Both the position numbers and the translations under genes were made by a program. 61,590 nucleotides of DNA from NCBI GenBank assembly GCA_032718475.1, contig JAUCBJ010005828.1, positions 1-61,590 of the forward strand, given 5' to 3'. Positions 10,533-21,275 of the stretch are shown here, piece by piece. How positions within the stretch are numbered: position 1 is the first letter of the stretch; each line of letters opens with the position of its first letter. The stretch comes from Nemertoderma westbladi. Lineage: Eukaryota; Animalia; Xenacoelomorpha. Below the pieces are notes generated by a model that searched no databases, was not told the origin of the DNA, and saw nothing but the letters and a program-made list of their open reading frames with translations.

Positions 10533-13120
10533 ATAATAAGGCACGGTTTAGCGGCCCGCCCAAGCCTTTAATATTCGTTGTATAATGTTTAGTGAATAAT
10601 TATAACATGCAATTAATATAAAAAAAAAAAAAAAACTACACCCCCCCCCCCCCCCCCCCCTGGTACCAACGTGCTAGTTAAGGTGCCGGAAGCAAGCTTA
10701 TTTGGCACTTAAAAAGCTTATAAAATAATAAAGTTATGTCTCATTGGTATTTTGGTATTACACTGTTCGGCAGTCTTTGTTTATTCCTTATTGAACAATA
10801 TCTATGCTTATGTACAGTAGATACTGTATTTTATTTGTTTACCTTGTGTTGGGAAGTCAGTAATTCTTTTTTGAGATTATTTTTGAATTGATTTAATGTA
10901 GGAGATCTGCGTATTTCAGGGAGAAGGTCATTCCAGTATAGTGGGCCTTGGTAAGTTACTGCAGTTTGAGTTAATGATTTGCGATATAGAGGAAGATGAA
11001 TATTGTACATTGTACGAGTGTTGTAATTGTGAAACTGTCGATTTACTATTAAAATAGATTTTAAATTTTCTGGAAGATCTAGTTTTCCATTAATAGATTT
11101 GTACATGAAAAGTAAACATTGATATTTATATATATTAGATAGTGTTAATTCGTTCTGGGTTTTCATGAGTTCCTCTGTATGGTATTGTGAATGTTTTAAG
11201 TGTATGTAGCGAATTGCCCTTTTTTGTAAAATAAGTAATGAATTTGTAGCTGTACTATTTGAACTGGCACCATTGCCCCATACCGTAAGTGCGAATGTGA
11301 GATATGGGCGGATCAGTGTGTGGTATAATGTCAGGCGAATTTTGTACGGGATGAAATGTTTAAGTTTACCAAGAATTCCCACATTTTTAGCTATTTTTAG
11401 TCGTATGTATTGAATATGCTTGTTCCATTTTAAATCACTACTTATAATAATTCCAAGAAATTTCATTTCATTTACTTTTTCGATTAAGTTTCCGTTAATC
11501 AAAATGTGTTTGTTTGCCCAGCTGTATTGTTTAGTAGAAAATATTATAAACTTAGTTTTATCTAAATTTAGGGATAGTTTATTTGTTGCAAGCCATTTAT
11601 ATATATTAAGTAATTCGCTGTTAAGTTGATCTATGAGTATATTTAAGTCAGATCCTGAGTGGAAAATATTCGTGTCATCGGCAAAAAGAACAAAATTTAG
11701 AATGGATGAACATTCTGTAATATCATTAATATAAATCAGAAATAGTACCGGTCCAAGAATAGACCCTTGTGGAACGCCACAAGTTATTGTACTAGAATTT
11801 GATAGGGTCGATTTAAATAGCACTTTTTGCCGACGATCTGTTAGGTAGCTCCTGAACCAATCCAAAGGCGTCCCACGAATACCGTAGTGTTCGAGTTTTT
11901 GAATTAATATTTTATGGTTGACAGTATCAAACGCCTTAGAGAGGTCCAGGAACAGACCCACAGTGATATTATTATTCTCGTTTTCAGTCAAAAGGTCATG
12001 TAACAGAGATGAAAGCGCAGTTTCAGTTGATTTTTTAGTTTGGAAGCCAAACTGTTTTGAGGTTAATATTTTTTCTCTTTTAATAAATTCGAGGAGTTGT
12101 ATGCTTACAATTTTTTCAAGGATTTTTGAGAAATATGGTAGTACGCTAATTGGACGATAGTTTGTTATTATATTTTTATTACCCCTTTTAAATACTGGTA
12201 CAACTTTAGCGCATTTTAATTGGTCTGGCACAACACCTGTGAGTAAAGATAAATTAATTATGTGCGTTAAGGGAGTTGCAATTTTTGGAAGTGCTGACCG
12301 TGCTAATACTGGATCAACGCCATCAAGCCCGATTGACTTTTTATTATTCAAAGACATTGCACATTTCAGTAAATCATTTTCAGAAATGGTATCCAAAAAC
12401 ATTGAATTTAGGGTTGGGTTTTTCAGGAATGTGGCCACGGGTCTATCTGTAGTTGGAATTTTACTTGCAAGTTTTTCTCCGACAGATACATAGTGGTTAT
12501 TAAATGCATTTGAAATACAATATTCATCTTCCTCCAATTTTGACCTGACTAGGAAAGTAGATGGATAGCTAGACGACTTGTTCCTATTAGTAAGTACTTT
12601 TATAGTATTCCAGGTTTGACTAATATTATATTTAAATTTTTCAAAGAGATGTGAAAAATGACGTTTTTTTGAGTTTCGGATTAAAGTTGTTAGTAAATTT
12701 TTATATTTCGTGTAAGATGTCTTTGTTTCTTCCGTTTTAGTTTTTATGAATGAGGAAAATAATTTTTGTTTCCTTTTGATACAAGCATAAATAGAATTTG
12801 TTATCCATGGTTTTTCAATGTTTATTAATTTAAATTGTTTAAATGGAAAGTTTAGCACAAATAAATTTTGGTATTCTGATATAAACTTGTTGTACGCTTC
12901 AGTTGCATCGGTTTCATTCAGGATTGTTTCCCATTCATTATGTTTTGATTTATTGCCAAGAGCGTTCAAAAATTTATTTATATTAGAATCGGAGGTGTCC
13001 CTTTTAGTGTAGAAATTTGGTGGTGGTGGTACGGAATTATGCGCAATATCACAGATTGCAAAAATAGGAAGGTGGTCAGATATATCTGCTATAATTATAC
13101 CTGATTCGCAAATAGTTGAA
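10455..13120 (-). mobile_element. Young 5'-truncated CR1-group (CR1/L2/Crack/Daphne-type) LINE with 74-nt poly(A) tail
   Basis: T74 at 10455-10528; the uninterrupted ORF reaches back to the endonuclease C-terminal SDHLP motif near 13070. Confidence 0.92.
10831..12969 (-). CDS. LINE ORF2 reverse transcriptase (partial, at least 712 aa, open)
   Basis: NYRPIS, QFGFQ, FLDLSKAFDTV, GVPQGSILGP, FADDT, KFLG and HNYNTR motifs. Confidence 0.92.
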   Translation of the reverse strand: MNALGNKSKHNEWETILNETDATEAYNKFISEYQNLFVLNFPFKQFKLINIEKPWITNSIYACIKRKQKLFSSFIKTKTEETKTSYTKYKNLLTTLIRNSKKRHFSHLFEKFKYNISQTWNTIKVLTNRNKSSSYPSTFLVRSKLEEDEYCISNAFNNHYVSVGEKLASKIPTTDRPVATFLKNPTLNSMFLDTISENDLLKCAMSLNNKKSIGLDGVDPVLARSALPKIATPLTHIINLSLLTGVVPDQLKCAKVVPVFKRGNKNIITNYRPISVLPYFSKILEKIVSIQLLEFIKREKILTSKQFGFQTKKSTETALSSLLHDLLTENENNNITVGLFLDLSKAFDTVNHKILIQKLEHYGIRGTPLDWFRSYLTDRRQKVLFKSTLSNSSTITCGVPQGSILGPVLFLIYINDITECSSILNFVLFADDTNIFHSGSDLNILIDQLNSELLNIYKWLATNKLSLNLDKTKFIIFSTKQYSWANKHILINGNLIEKVNEMKFLGIIISSDLKWNKHIQYIRLKIAKNVGILGKLKHFIPYKIRLTLYHTLIRPYLTFALTVWGNGASSNSTATNSLLILQKRAIRYIHLKHSQYHTEELMKTQNELTLSNIYKYQCLLFMYKSINGKLDLPENLKSILIVNRQFHNYNTRTMYNIHLPLYRKSLTQTAVTYQGPLYWNDLLPEIRRSPTLNQFKNNLKKELLTSQHKVNK

Positions 13121-13355
13121 TACCACTCCTAATGGAGAGTTATCAGACACTAAATAATAATATTTCTACAGACTAAGTTACTTATTACTACTAATTACTT
13201 ACGTATGTACAATTGGGGTTGAGATTACACAATCTCTAAATAAACAATAAACAAAAGTTACATGGACAATTTTAGGATAATTTTACAAGACCTTTAATAA
13301 CCAGAAATTTTGAATTTCTGGCTTTACGGGGGGGGGGGGGGGGGGGGGGTGATTA

Positions 13356-15790
13356 CCGTCATCGGGGTTGAAGTGAAACATGCATGGTGAAGTGAAACAA
13401 AATAATTTTTTGTTTTGGTAATTGATTACAAAAATACTCCCATCAGCATCATTAAAATGATTGTTCTCAATAATAAAGTAACTATCAATGTAATATTTAA
13501 TCAGGCAACGGGACACTTAGAATTACATGGAAACAATATACAAGTTAAAATTGTTAAAATTTTAGTTCTGAAAATTACATCTGGTACAACCAAATATGTT
13601 ATGTATTTTTACTTGACCATATGTTATACTGCTTTGATTTTTACTTGGTGGAAACCTTTAATTACCAAGTAAAATCTATTAAAATGTATGTTTTCTAAAG
13701 TGAGGTCAAGTGTAACAGAAAAAGGGGTGAAGTGGAACATTACATCATTGTCAATTATCCTTTGGTTTGTTTACTGTAGTTTTTCTTACAGTCATAGGCC
13801 TTATGTACCGGTAGTATTAATGTCTTGGTATGCCTACACACACAGGTAGGCTAAGCTTTGGTTCTAGAATAGAGTAGGCTTCTAATTTTGCTTTATTTGA
13901 TAATTTGGATTTGTATAAACAACAAGACTCTGACAACTGCAGGTATCTGATATATATCTTTGAATTTTAGCCTATTCCATCCAAGCATGGTCAGATTTTA
14001 CAAGCACATACCTGGGAGTTCCATATACCGAAGGCGACGGACGATATATAGGAAAGTGCACAAACAACAACAGGGGTTTTATGGGGGTCAAATTTCCTTC
14101 ACTGCAGATGAAGAGAAGATACTTGTTAAAAATACCCTGATTTGTGCTGGATGGGGATTCCCTATGACCATATTTGATATACGATATATGGCAAAGTCCT
14201 ATTTAGACAGACAGGGTCGTGTTATAAAAAAGTTCTGCAACAATGTTCCTGGTGTGGAGTGGGGAAGGTCATTTCTTCATCGTCACAAGATGGTGCTAAA
14301 TAATCGTCTTTGTCAAAATATAAAAAGAGTTAGGGCGGCTATTGATGCTCCAGCCATAAATGAGTATTTCGACAACCTTACTCAAGCCTTATAGATGGTA
14401 TAGCTCCGGAAAAAATCGTCAACTATGATGAAAGCAATCTAACAGATGATCCTGGGAGTAAGAGTAAGAAGGTTGTTGTGAAAAGAGGAGTGAAATACCC
14501 AGAAAGAGTCATTAATTCTTCCAAGTCAGCGATTTCCATTATGATGGCTGGAAGTGCAACAGGAACACTGTTACCTGTTTATGTTGTATATAAGTCAGAA
14601 AACTTATGGGACCAGTGGATGGAGGGAGGGTTACGCAATACACGTTATAATAGATCAAAATCAGGATGGTTTGATGCCTGTTGCTTCAATGACTGGTTCA
14701 ATCGATTGCACTGCCTTACTTTAAGCGATTTCCGAAAAATGTCCCCAAAACCCTGATTGGAGATAACGTATCGAGCCATTTAGTACCTGAGGTCATAAGC
14801 AAATGCGTTGAATACAATATAAAATTCATCTGCCTTATACCAAATTCAACACACCTGATGCAACCTTTAGATGTGTCGTTCTTTGGTCCTCTTAAACGTA
14901 AGTGGCGGGCCATGTTGACTACATTCAAAGAAAGCCCTGAAGGAAATAAATCACTGCCAAAGGACCAATTTCCGAAATTATTAAAGAAACTAATAATCTC
15001 GCTCCAACAAGAAGACTCAAGTTATATTCATATACCAGGAAAGGAGCCAGGTGAGGCTATTGTGAATAATTCTTCACTAATAGCAGGATTTCGAAAGACA
15101 GGAATATTTCCACTCGATAGGAATCAGGTGTTAGCAAGGGCATGAACGCGGCCATTGAAAGCAATATGGACCAGGTGTTTGTTCAAGTTCTCCGAGAACT
15201 TAGGCCAGCTGGTGATGAACCCAAGAAGACACGCAAGAAGAAGCTTACAGTTCCTCCAGGAAGAAGCATTGGTCCTAGGGACCTCCAGCACGTGGATGAT
15301 ACCGGTGACGTGGGTCCGAGTCAAGGGACGATTGAACAACCCCCTGTCTTTCACAGCCAAGATATAGCAGAGTCAGATAGAAGATAGTAGTACTGATGGA
15401 AGTAAAGATTCACATGATGAAGACCAATCTAGTAACTCTGACAGTGGTAGCACTGATCCAGTGGAGTTTGAATGTAATGAACCATACAAAGGATATGAAA
15501 ATATTTCTCTTCAGAAATTCAATTCATTGGTGGATTTCAAGATCGGCATAGTTGTGGCTGTTTATGACAGAGATTGGTATGTTGGTGAAGTTGTCAGTAT
15601 CTGTGAGCAGTCTGGTGACATAGAAGTGTCTTTTATGGCTCAAGTGCTACGGGTATATCATAAGTTTTGGTTCTGGCCATCAATTGCTGAGAAGGCAAAA
15701 GTGCCACTAAATAATATCCTGGGAATTATGTATGGTGATGTGATCTCTTTATTCCAACTAGCAGTAGAAACTCATACAAAGTAGATTCAG
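13356..15790 (+). mobile_element. Decayed pogo/Fot1-like (DDE_1) DNA transposon; right TIR not found
   Basis: TA followed by CCGTCATCGGGG left end with repeated gaagtgaaaca; CENP-B-type HTH (WGFPMT..DIRY...PGVEW), NYDESN, SGWFD, GDNVSSH and PNSTHLMQPLDVSFFGPLK motifs split by stops and frameshifts. Confidence 0.85.
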
Positions 15791-15905
15791 CCACACAATT
15801 CACGCAGCTTACACCCATAATATTGGTATGCTTTAGTTAGACCCAGCCAAACCCGCAATAAATAACTGTAACAATGAAAGTTGCTTAATAGCTGTAAAAT
15901 ATAAA

Positions 15906-16680
15906 CTGCAATATTGTTAAACATCAATCCTAATTATATGCTTTTACTTTGTTACTTTTAGTTTTAGTAAATTTTGCAATGTTTTTACCATATGCAATAT
16001 TGTTAAACATAAATCCTAATTACCGGTATATGCTTTTACTTTGTTACTTTACTTTTAGTAAATTTTGCAATGTTCTTTACTATATGCAATATTGTTAAAC
16101 ATAAATCCTAATTACCGGTATATGCTTTTACTTTGTTACTTTTACTTTTAGTAAATTTTGCAATGTTCTTTACTATATGCAATATTGTTAAACATAAATC
16201 CTAATTACCGGTATATGCTTTTACTTTGTTACTTTTACTTTTAGTAAATTTTGCAATGTTCTTTACTATATGCAATATTGTTAAACATAAATCATAATTA
16301 CCGGTATATGCTTTTGCTTTGTTACTTTTGATTTTAGTAAATTTTGCAATGTTCTTCACAATATGCAATATTGTTAAACATAAATTCTAATTACCGGTAT
16401 ATGCTTTTACTTTGTTACTTTTACTTTTAGTAAATTTTGCAATGTTCTTTACTATATGCAATATTGTTAAACATAAATCATAATTACCGGTATATGCTTT
16501 TACTTTGTTACTTTTACTTTTAGTAAATTTTGCAATGTTCTTTACCATATGCAATATTGTTAAACATAAATCCTAATTACCGGTATATGCTTTTACTTTG
16601 TTACTTTTACTTTTAGTAAATTTTGCAATGTTCTTTACTATATGCAATATGCAATAATGTTAAACGTTAATCCTAATTAT
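15906..16680. repeat. 93-bp AT-rich tandem repeat, about 8.3 copies
   Basis: Unit tatatgcaatattgttaaacataaatcctaattaccggtatatgcttttac...; starts at 16081 and 16174 give the period. Confidence 0.95.
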
Positions 16681-17264
16681 ATCAATTGTTCAATATTTGT
16701 TCATGTATAAGGATAAATTTAGCTCACTTACATTGGGGTTATGAAATAGCATAAATATCACACAAACCACTGTAATTTGAGCCGAATCGTTACTAGTACT
16801 TCCCTTCTGCTTACCTCACAATAATAAAAAAAGTTAGTTGGGATTATCGATTATCGAGGATCGGATAATCGATATGTACCTATTCTCCAAAAATTAACAT
16901 CCAGTAAATATGTTACCAAACAACAAAGAACCACAGTACAAAATAGTATAAAAACAGCCGTGGCGGCAGTCAATATTTAATTTAATTTAATTTAATAATT
17001 TACCAATATTATGCCGCCTTATGTCCCATATTGCTTAGGTGTGGAGACTGGTTGGTGGTCATGTATACCCAGGGCACAGCGGGTCTGCCCGTATGTGTGA
17101 CGGTCTGTCTGAGCAGACTGAAGCCCACACATTGCTCGACTGTCCCACCTCACAGCACCTTCGCAACACCAGGCAAATTCTGGCCTTACGTTTTCTATGT
17201 TAATCGAATTATTTAATCCCAGTTCTGTGAAATTTTATCCGTAATAATTAATACTTTAATTCAA

Positions 17265-17998
17265 AGATTGTAACATTACTCAACGCCGTAAAGTATTAAC
17301 AGCGAGTTGTTATTTAGCACTTTATAACATTATAGGACATTACAGTATTGTATTGGCCTGTACATTTAGTATTGTATTGTTGTATTATTATGTGGTAATG
17401 TCCCATTGGCATGACTTTACGTCACGCCGCCATGGTTACCACATAAACAATAGTTGGTATTTATTATTATTTGCCTGATAGCTAGATATGCCTACTGCAT
17501 TACCTACTGGTAGCGGTAGCTACTGTATTAATAACCAATAGCTATAAACTATTAACATGGCTCCAAACGCCGCCATAAATATAAGCTAACTTTTTTTTTA
17601 TAGATCAATTTATTTAAGGTTGGTTGGTACTGGTTATTAATAGTTGCCGGTAGGTAATGCAGTAGGCATATCTAGCTATCAGGCAAATAATAATAAATAC
17701 CAACTATTGTTTATGTGGTAACCATGGCGGCGTGACGTAAAGTCATGCCAATGGGACATGACCACATAATAATACAACATTACAATACTAAATGTACAGG
17801 CCAATACAATACTGTAATGTCCTATAATGTTGTAAAGTGCTAAATAACAACTCGCTGTCAATTTAGCTGTTAGAATTTTGTAATAAAGTACTTCACAGTG
17901 TTCGGATCCTCGTGGCTTTATTTTCATTCACTCACTATAAAAGCACTCGGATCATCACACTGTAAAGTGCTACTTTACAATCAAGTATGTGAATAGTA
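17265..17998. mobile_element. Non-autonomous hairpin-ended element (family B) containing a 216-bp inverted repeat
   Basis: Homologous to 58006-58616; arms 17295-17510 and 17647-17862; terminus ...aaagtgctactttac...agtatgtgaatagt resembles the ends at 52488, 55677 and 58616. Confidence 0.7.
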
Positions 17999-18149
17999 AT
18001 TGTGATGTTCTAGAATTATATATGTAAATGATTTGTAATTTCTGATTCAGAATACAATTAAATAGTGCTCTGTGCCCGATATGTTTTAATTTTTTATTTA
18101 ATTTGGAGATGGTGATATTAGATAAGCCGGCATAGCATTCTTAATGCAC

Positions 18150-20808
18150 TACTAGGATCGGCATGCTGCATTGCAGCTGCATTTTTAAGAATGCTGTGCC
18201 GGCTTGTCAATAAAATTGCGCCGCCACAACTCCCTATCACCCATGACATTTGCTAGATCATCCGCATCTTTAAGGCCAGTGTCCTTTAAGATGCGTCTCA
18301 ATAAAGTCATGGGCTGTCCACCATGCTTATTCACTCCATGAGGCTGCCAAAGTACAAGATTATGCACTGGCTGGTCCTCACGGCGAAAGCAATGTCCTGC
18401 AAAGCGGAGGCGATTTTGTTCTAGTGTCAAGCTTGGGGGAACCAATGAGACACCTCCAATGTTATATAGTGTCTGGTTGGAGATGTGTGCATTGTACTTG
18501 ACACAATGTACCCGGCGTAGCATTCTTGTGAATGTGCCATCCAGAGATTTGGTGTCCTCAGCAGTTAGAGCCCAGCATGGACTCCCGTAGAGGAGTACTG
18601 GAACTACTGCTACTCTAAATAATCGGACCTTAAGTTTCCGATTAATTCTAGGTGACTTCCAAATCCTGGAAAGCCTATTCAAGGCTGCCCATGCCTTTCC
18701 CTTACGTATTCGAAGGTCCTCACCTGACTTCCGGATCCATGATCCCAGGTAACAGAAGTCGTCCACATGCTCAAGCATACCATCCTTTGAGCTTATGCTC
18801 ATCCGATCAGAGACTTGCTGAGGACTTTCAAAGTTAACTGTCAGAATTTTGGTCTTCCTGGAGTTAATAAAAAGACCAACACTAGAAGCAGCATGTTCTA
18901 ATGAGCTGAGGAGCCGCTGGGCTCCCTCTAATGATTCTGAGAGTACTCCTAAGTCATCAGCAAAGTCTAGATCAGTTAGGTACTTGGCAGGATTTCCTCG
19001 ACTTCTGGAGCCAGTAGGTGGAGTTATCATCACCCCATCATCATTATGATGATCTAAGGACATGCGTAGAACATAGTCAACCACAATAATGAACAAGAAT
19101 GGTGCAAGTGTGTCTCCTTGGAGGACGCCCCATAACACTTCAAATGGTTCTGTGTCACCGTCAACAGTAGACACAAATGTTGTCGAACCATCGTATACTG
19201 ATCTGATTGCTGCAATAATTTCATCAGGAATCCCATATAATGAAAGTATGCTGAACATACGTGAGCGAGAGACTGAATCAAAGGCCTTGAAGAAGTCAAC
19301 AAAGATAACAGCCAGATGCCTGTCTTTCTTTTTTGATAACTCTTCAATTATCCTTCTAAGTGCCAAAATGGGCTCCATGGTCCCACGACCTTTACGGAAC
19401 CCATTCTGATTTCCACGTAGCAGTCTCTCAATGGGATCCCTGATGCGATTTAATAGAATTCTATTGTATAGTTTTGCAGCAATCGAGATCAATGAGATTC
19501 TCCGAAAAGAACCATAGAGTGTTAGGTTGCCCTTCTTGGGAACTGGAACCAACTTATTTGTTTTCATTTCTTGTGGGACTCTTGTTGTACGGTACATGTC
19601 TACTATGATGGGATAGATGAGCTTTAAACACTCAGGTATTTTAAAGACCTCAGGGGGAACACCATCTACTCCACTGGCACGATTGGTCTTAATGCTCTTT
19701 GCAGCAGCCTTCACTTCTGCAAAGGAGATATCGCCAATGGGAATATCTGGGAGTACAGACTCAGACACTTTTACTTCTATAAAGTTATCAGGCAATACCC
19801 TGTCATTATTGAGGAGCTTTTCAAAGTGGGCTTTCCAACCATTGAGGCGATTGGCTGGTGATTCAGCCTTAACCTTGGTGGTTGGTTGGCTTTTCCGCCC
19901 AGTAAGCAGATTGATCGATTTCCATGCCTGGGATGATTGCCTGCTGTCGTCAGCATCATTGATGGCATCAACCTGTTGGTTTATTAGCTCCTGTAGATTA
20001 ACAGAGTACTGTCTGTTCAGGGACCTAGATGCAGCTTTAACTGCATTCTTGGCCGCTGTAGTCTGTTTGAGTCGGGACTCTTTCTGCGCCTTATGAAGGT
20101 CATTTCGGCACTTCTGAATTTTGTTGTCAGTCCAGGGGGCCCTTTTCCTGTTTCGAGGGTATACAGGAACTGTTTCTGCAGCTGCTAACTTAACTGCTTC
20201 TGTAAAGGCAGTATAGCCCTCACAGTGATCTGCCGCCTCAGAGGCAAGAGCCTCATACCTGTTGCTCAGCTGTAGTGTGAAGCTGGATCTCACACTTGGC
20301 TGTTGCAACAGAGAGGACCAGTCATGCCGTGGCAAGGCAGATTTCGTTGTTCTGCTAGCACGCAGACTAAGTCTTACCTTGGCCACAATAAGGCGGTGAT
20401 CACTGGAGAAGGGTCGAAGTGTAAATGCATTACAGTCTTGTATAGAGCTCCTGTATTTCCTACGAAACAGAATATGGTCTATCTGGGACTTGTGACCACT
20501 GGGTCCACTATGAGTCCATAGCTTTCCAGTTCGCTTCTTGAACTGGGTTCCAGCCGAAAACAATCCATTTCCAGAGATAAAATCCTGAAGATGGACAGAA
20601 TTTCGGTTAACACTATTGCTATAGACCCAGGGCGATGTAGGTGATTGATTCAGACTTCCATTAAAGTCTCCCAGGAATGTTAAGAATGCATGCTGATCCA
20701 CTCCATCAGTTGCTGCTTGTAGATTGTGGTAGAAATTTTCCACCTCCTCTACAGGGGCAACACTAGTTGGAGAGTAGCACACAATCAGAACCACCTTAGG
20801 AAACTTCT
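18150..20808 (-). mobile_element. Young 5'-truncated RTE LINE with 12-bp target-site duplication
   Basis: TTCTTAATGCAC at both 18138-18149 and 20809-20820; short TAGTA tail; intact ORF. Confidence 0.92.
18185..20808 (-). CDS. RTE endonuclease/reverse transcriptase ORF (N-terminally truncated, open for about 870 codons)
   Basis: APE motifs YSPT, GDFN, IDHIL and SDH; RT motifs QNGFR, VDFFKAFDSV, GVLQGDTLAP, DFADD and YLGS; RLRFAGHC. Confidence 0.92.
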
Positions 20809-21170
20809 TTCTTAATGCACACTGCATTGGAGCATGCCACTTGTGGGATTCGTGGTGGTAGCAAAATTATTTTTTTTTGCTAAGCCAGCATAGCATCTCA
20901 ATGTGCAGCTTCAATGAGGCGTGTTTACTGTTTATGTGTAAATCTTGGGTGGAATGAGATACCTCCAATGTTCCCTGATTGTCCAATATTGTCTGATTGG
21001 AAATGTGTTCATTGCGCTTGACACAATGAACCCAGCGCAGTATTCTCGTATAATGCCATCCAGAGATTTTTGGTGTCTGCATGTGTCCGAGCCCAGCATG
21101 GACTCCCATATAGGAGTAGCCTACTGCTTCTACAGCTGCTCTAAATAATCGAACTTTAGATTCCTATTTA
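20809..21170. mobile_element. Older same-family RTE pieces: plus-strand 3' UTR (20809-20920, continuing 18121-18149) and minus-strand ORF fragment (about 20955-21170)
   Basis: 20811-20920 matches 59855-59885 and 60125-60186; 20955-21170 matches 18450-18650. Confidence 0.7.
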
Positions 21171-21275
21171 TTCCTGTTTTCCATATGTCTGCAGGAATTT
21201 CATCTAACCAAATTGCTTAATGATTGGACATGCCTTTTTTATTTAATTGTTTATTAAGGATTAAGACTCTGTTTC

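Noticed and set aside
13328-13349. Long poly-G/C runs (also near 520, 10640, 28017 and 46927) as functional G-quadruplexes
   Set aside because: No supporting context, and homopolymer lengths are unreliable in assemblies.
18652-20521. Several plus-strand ORFs here, and likewise at 11420-13012 and 50498-51526
   Set aside because: Antisense shadows of long genuine minus-strand ORFs.
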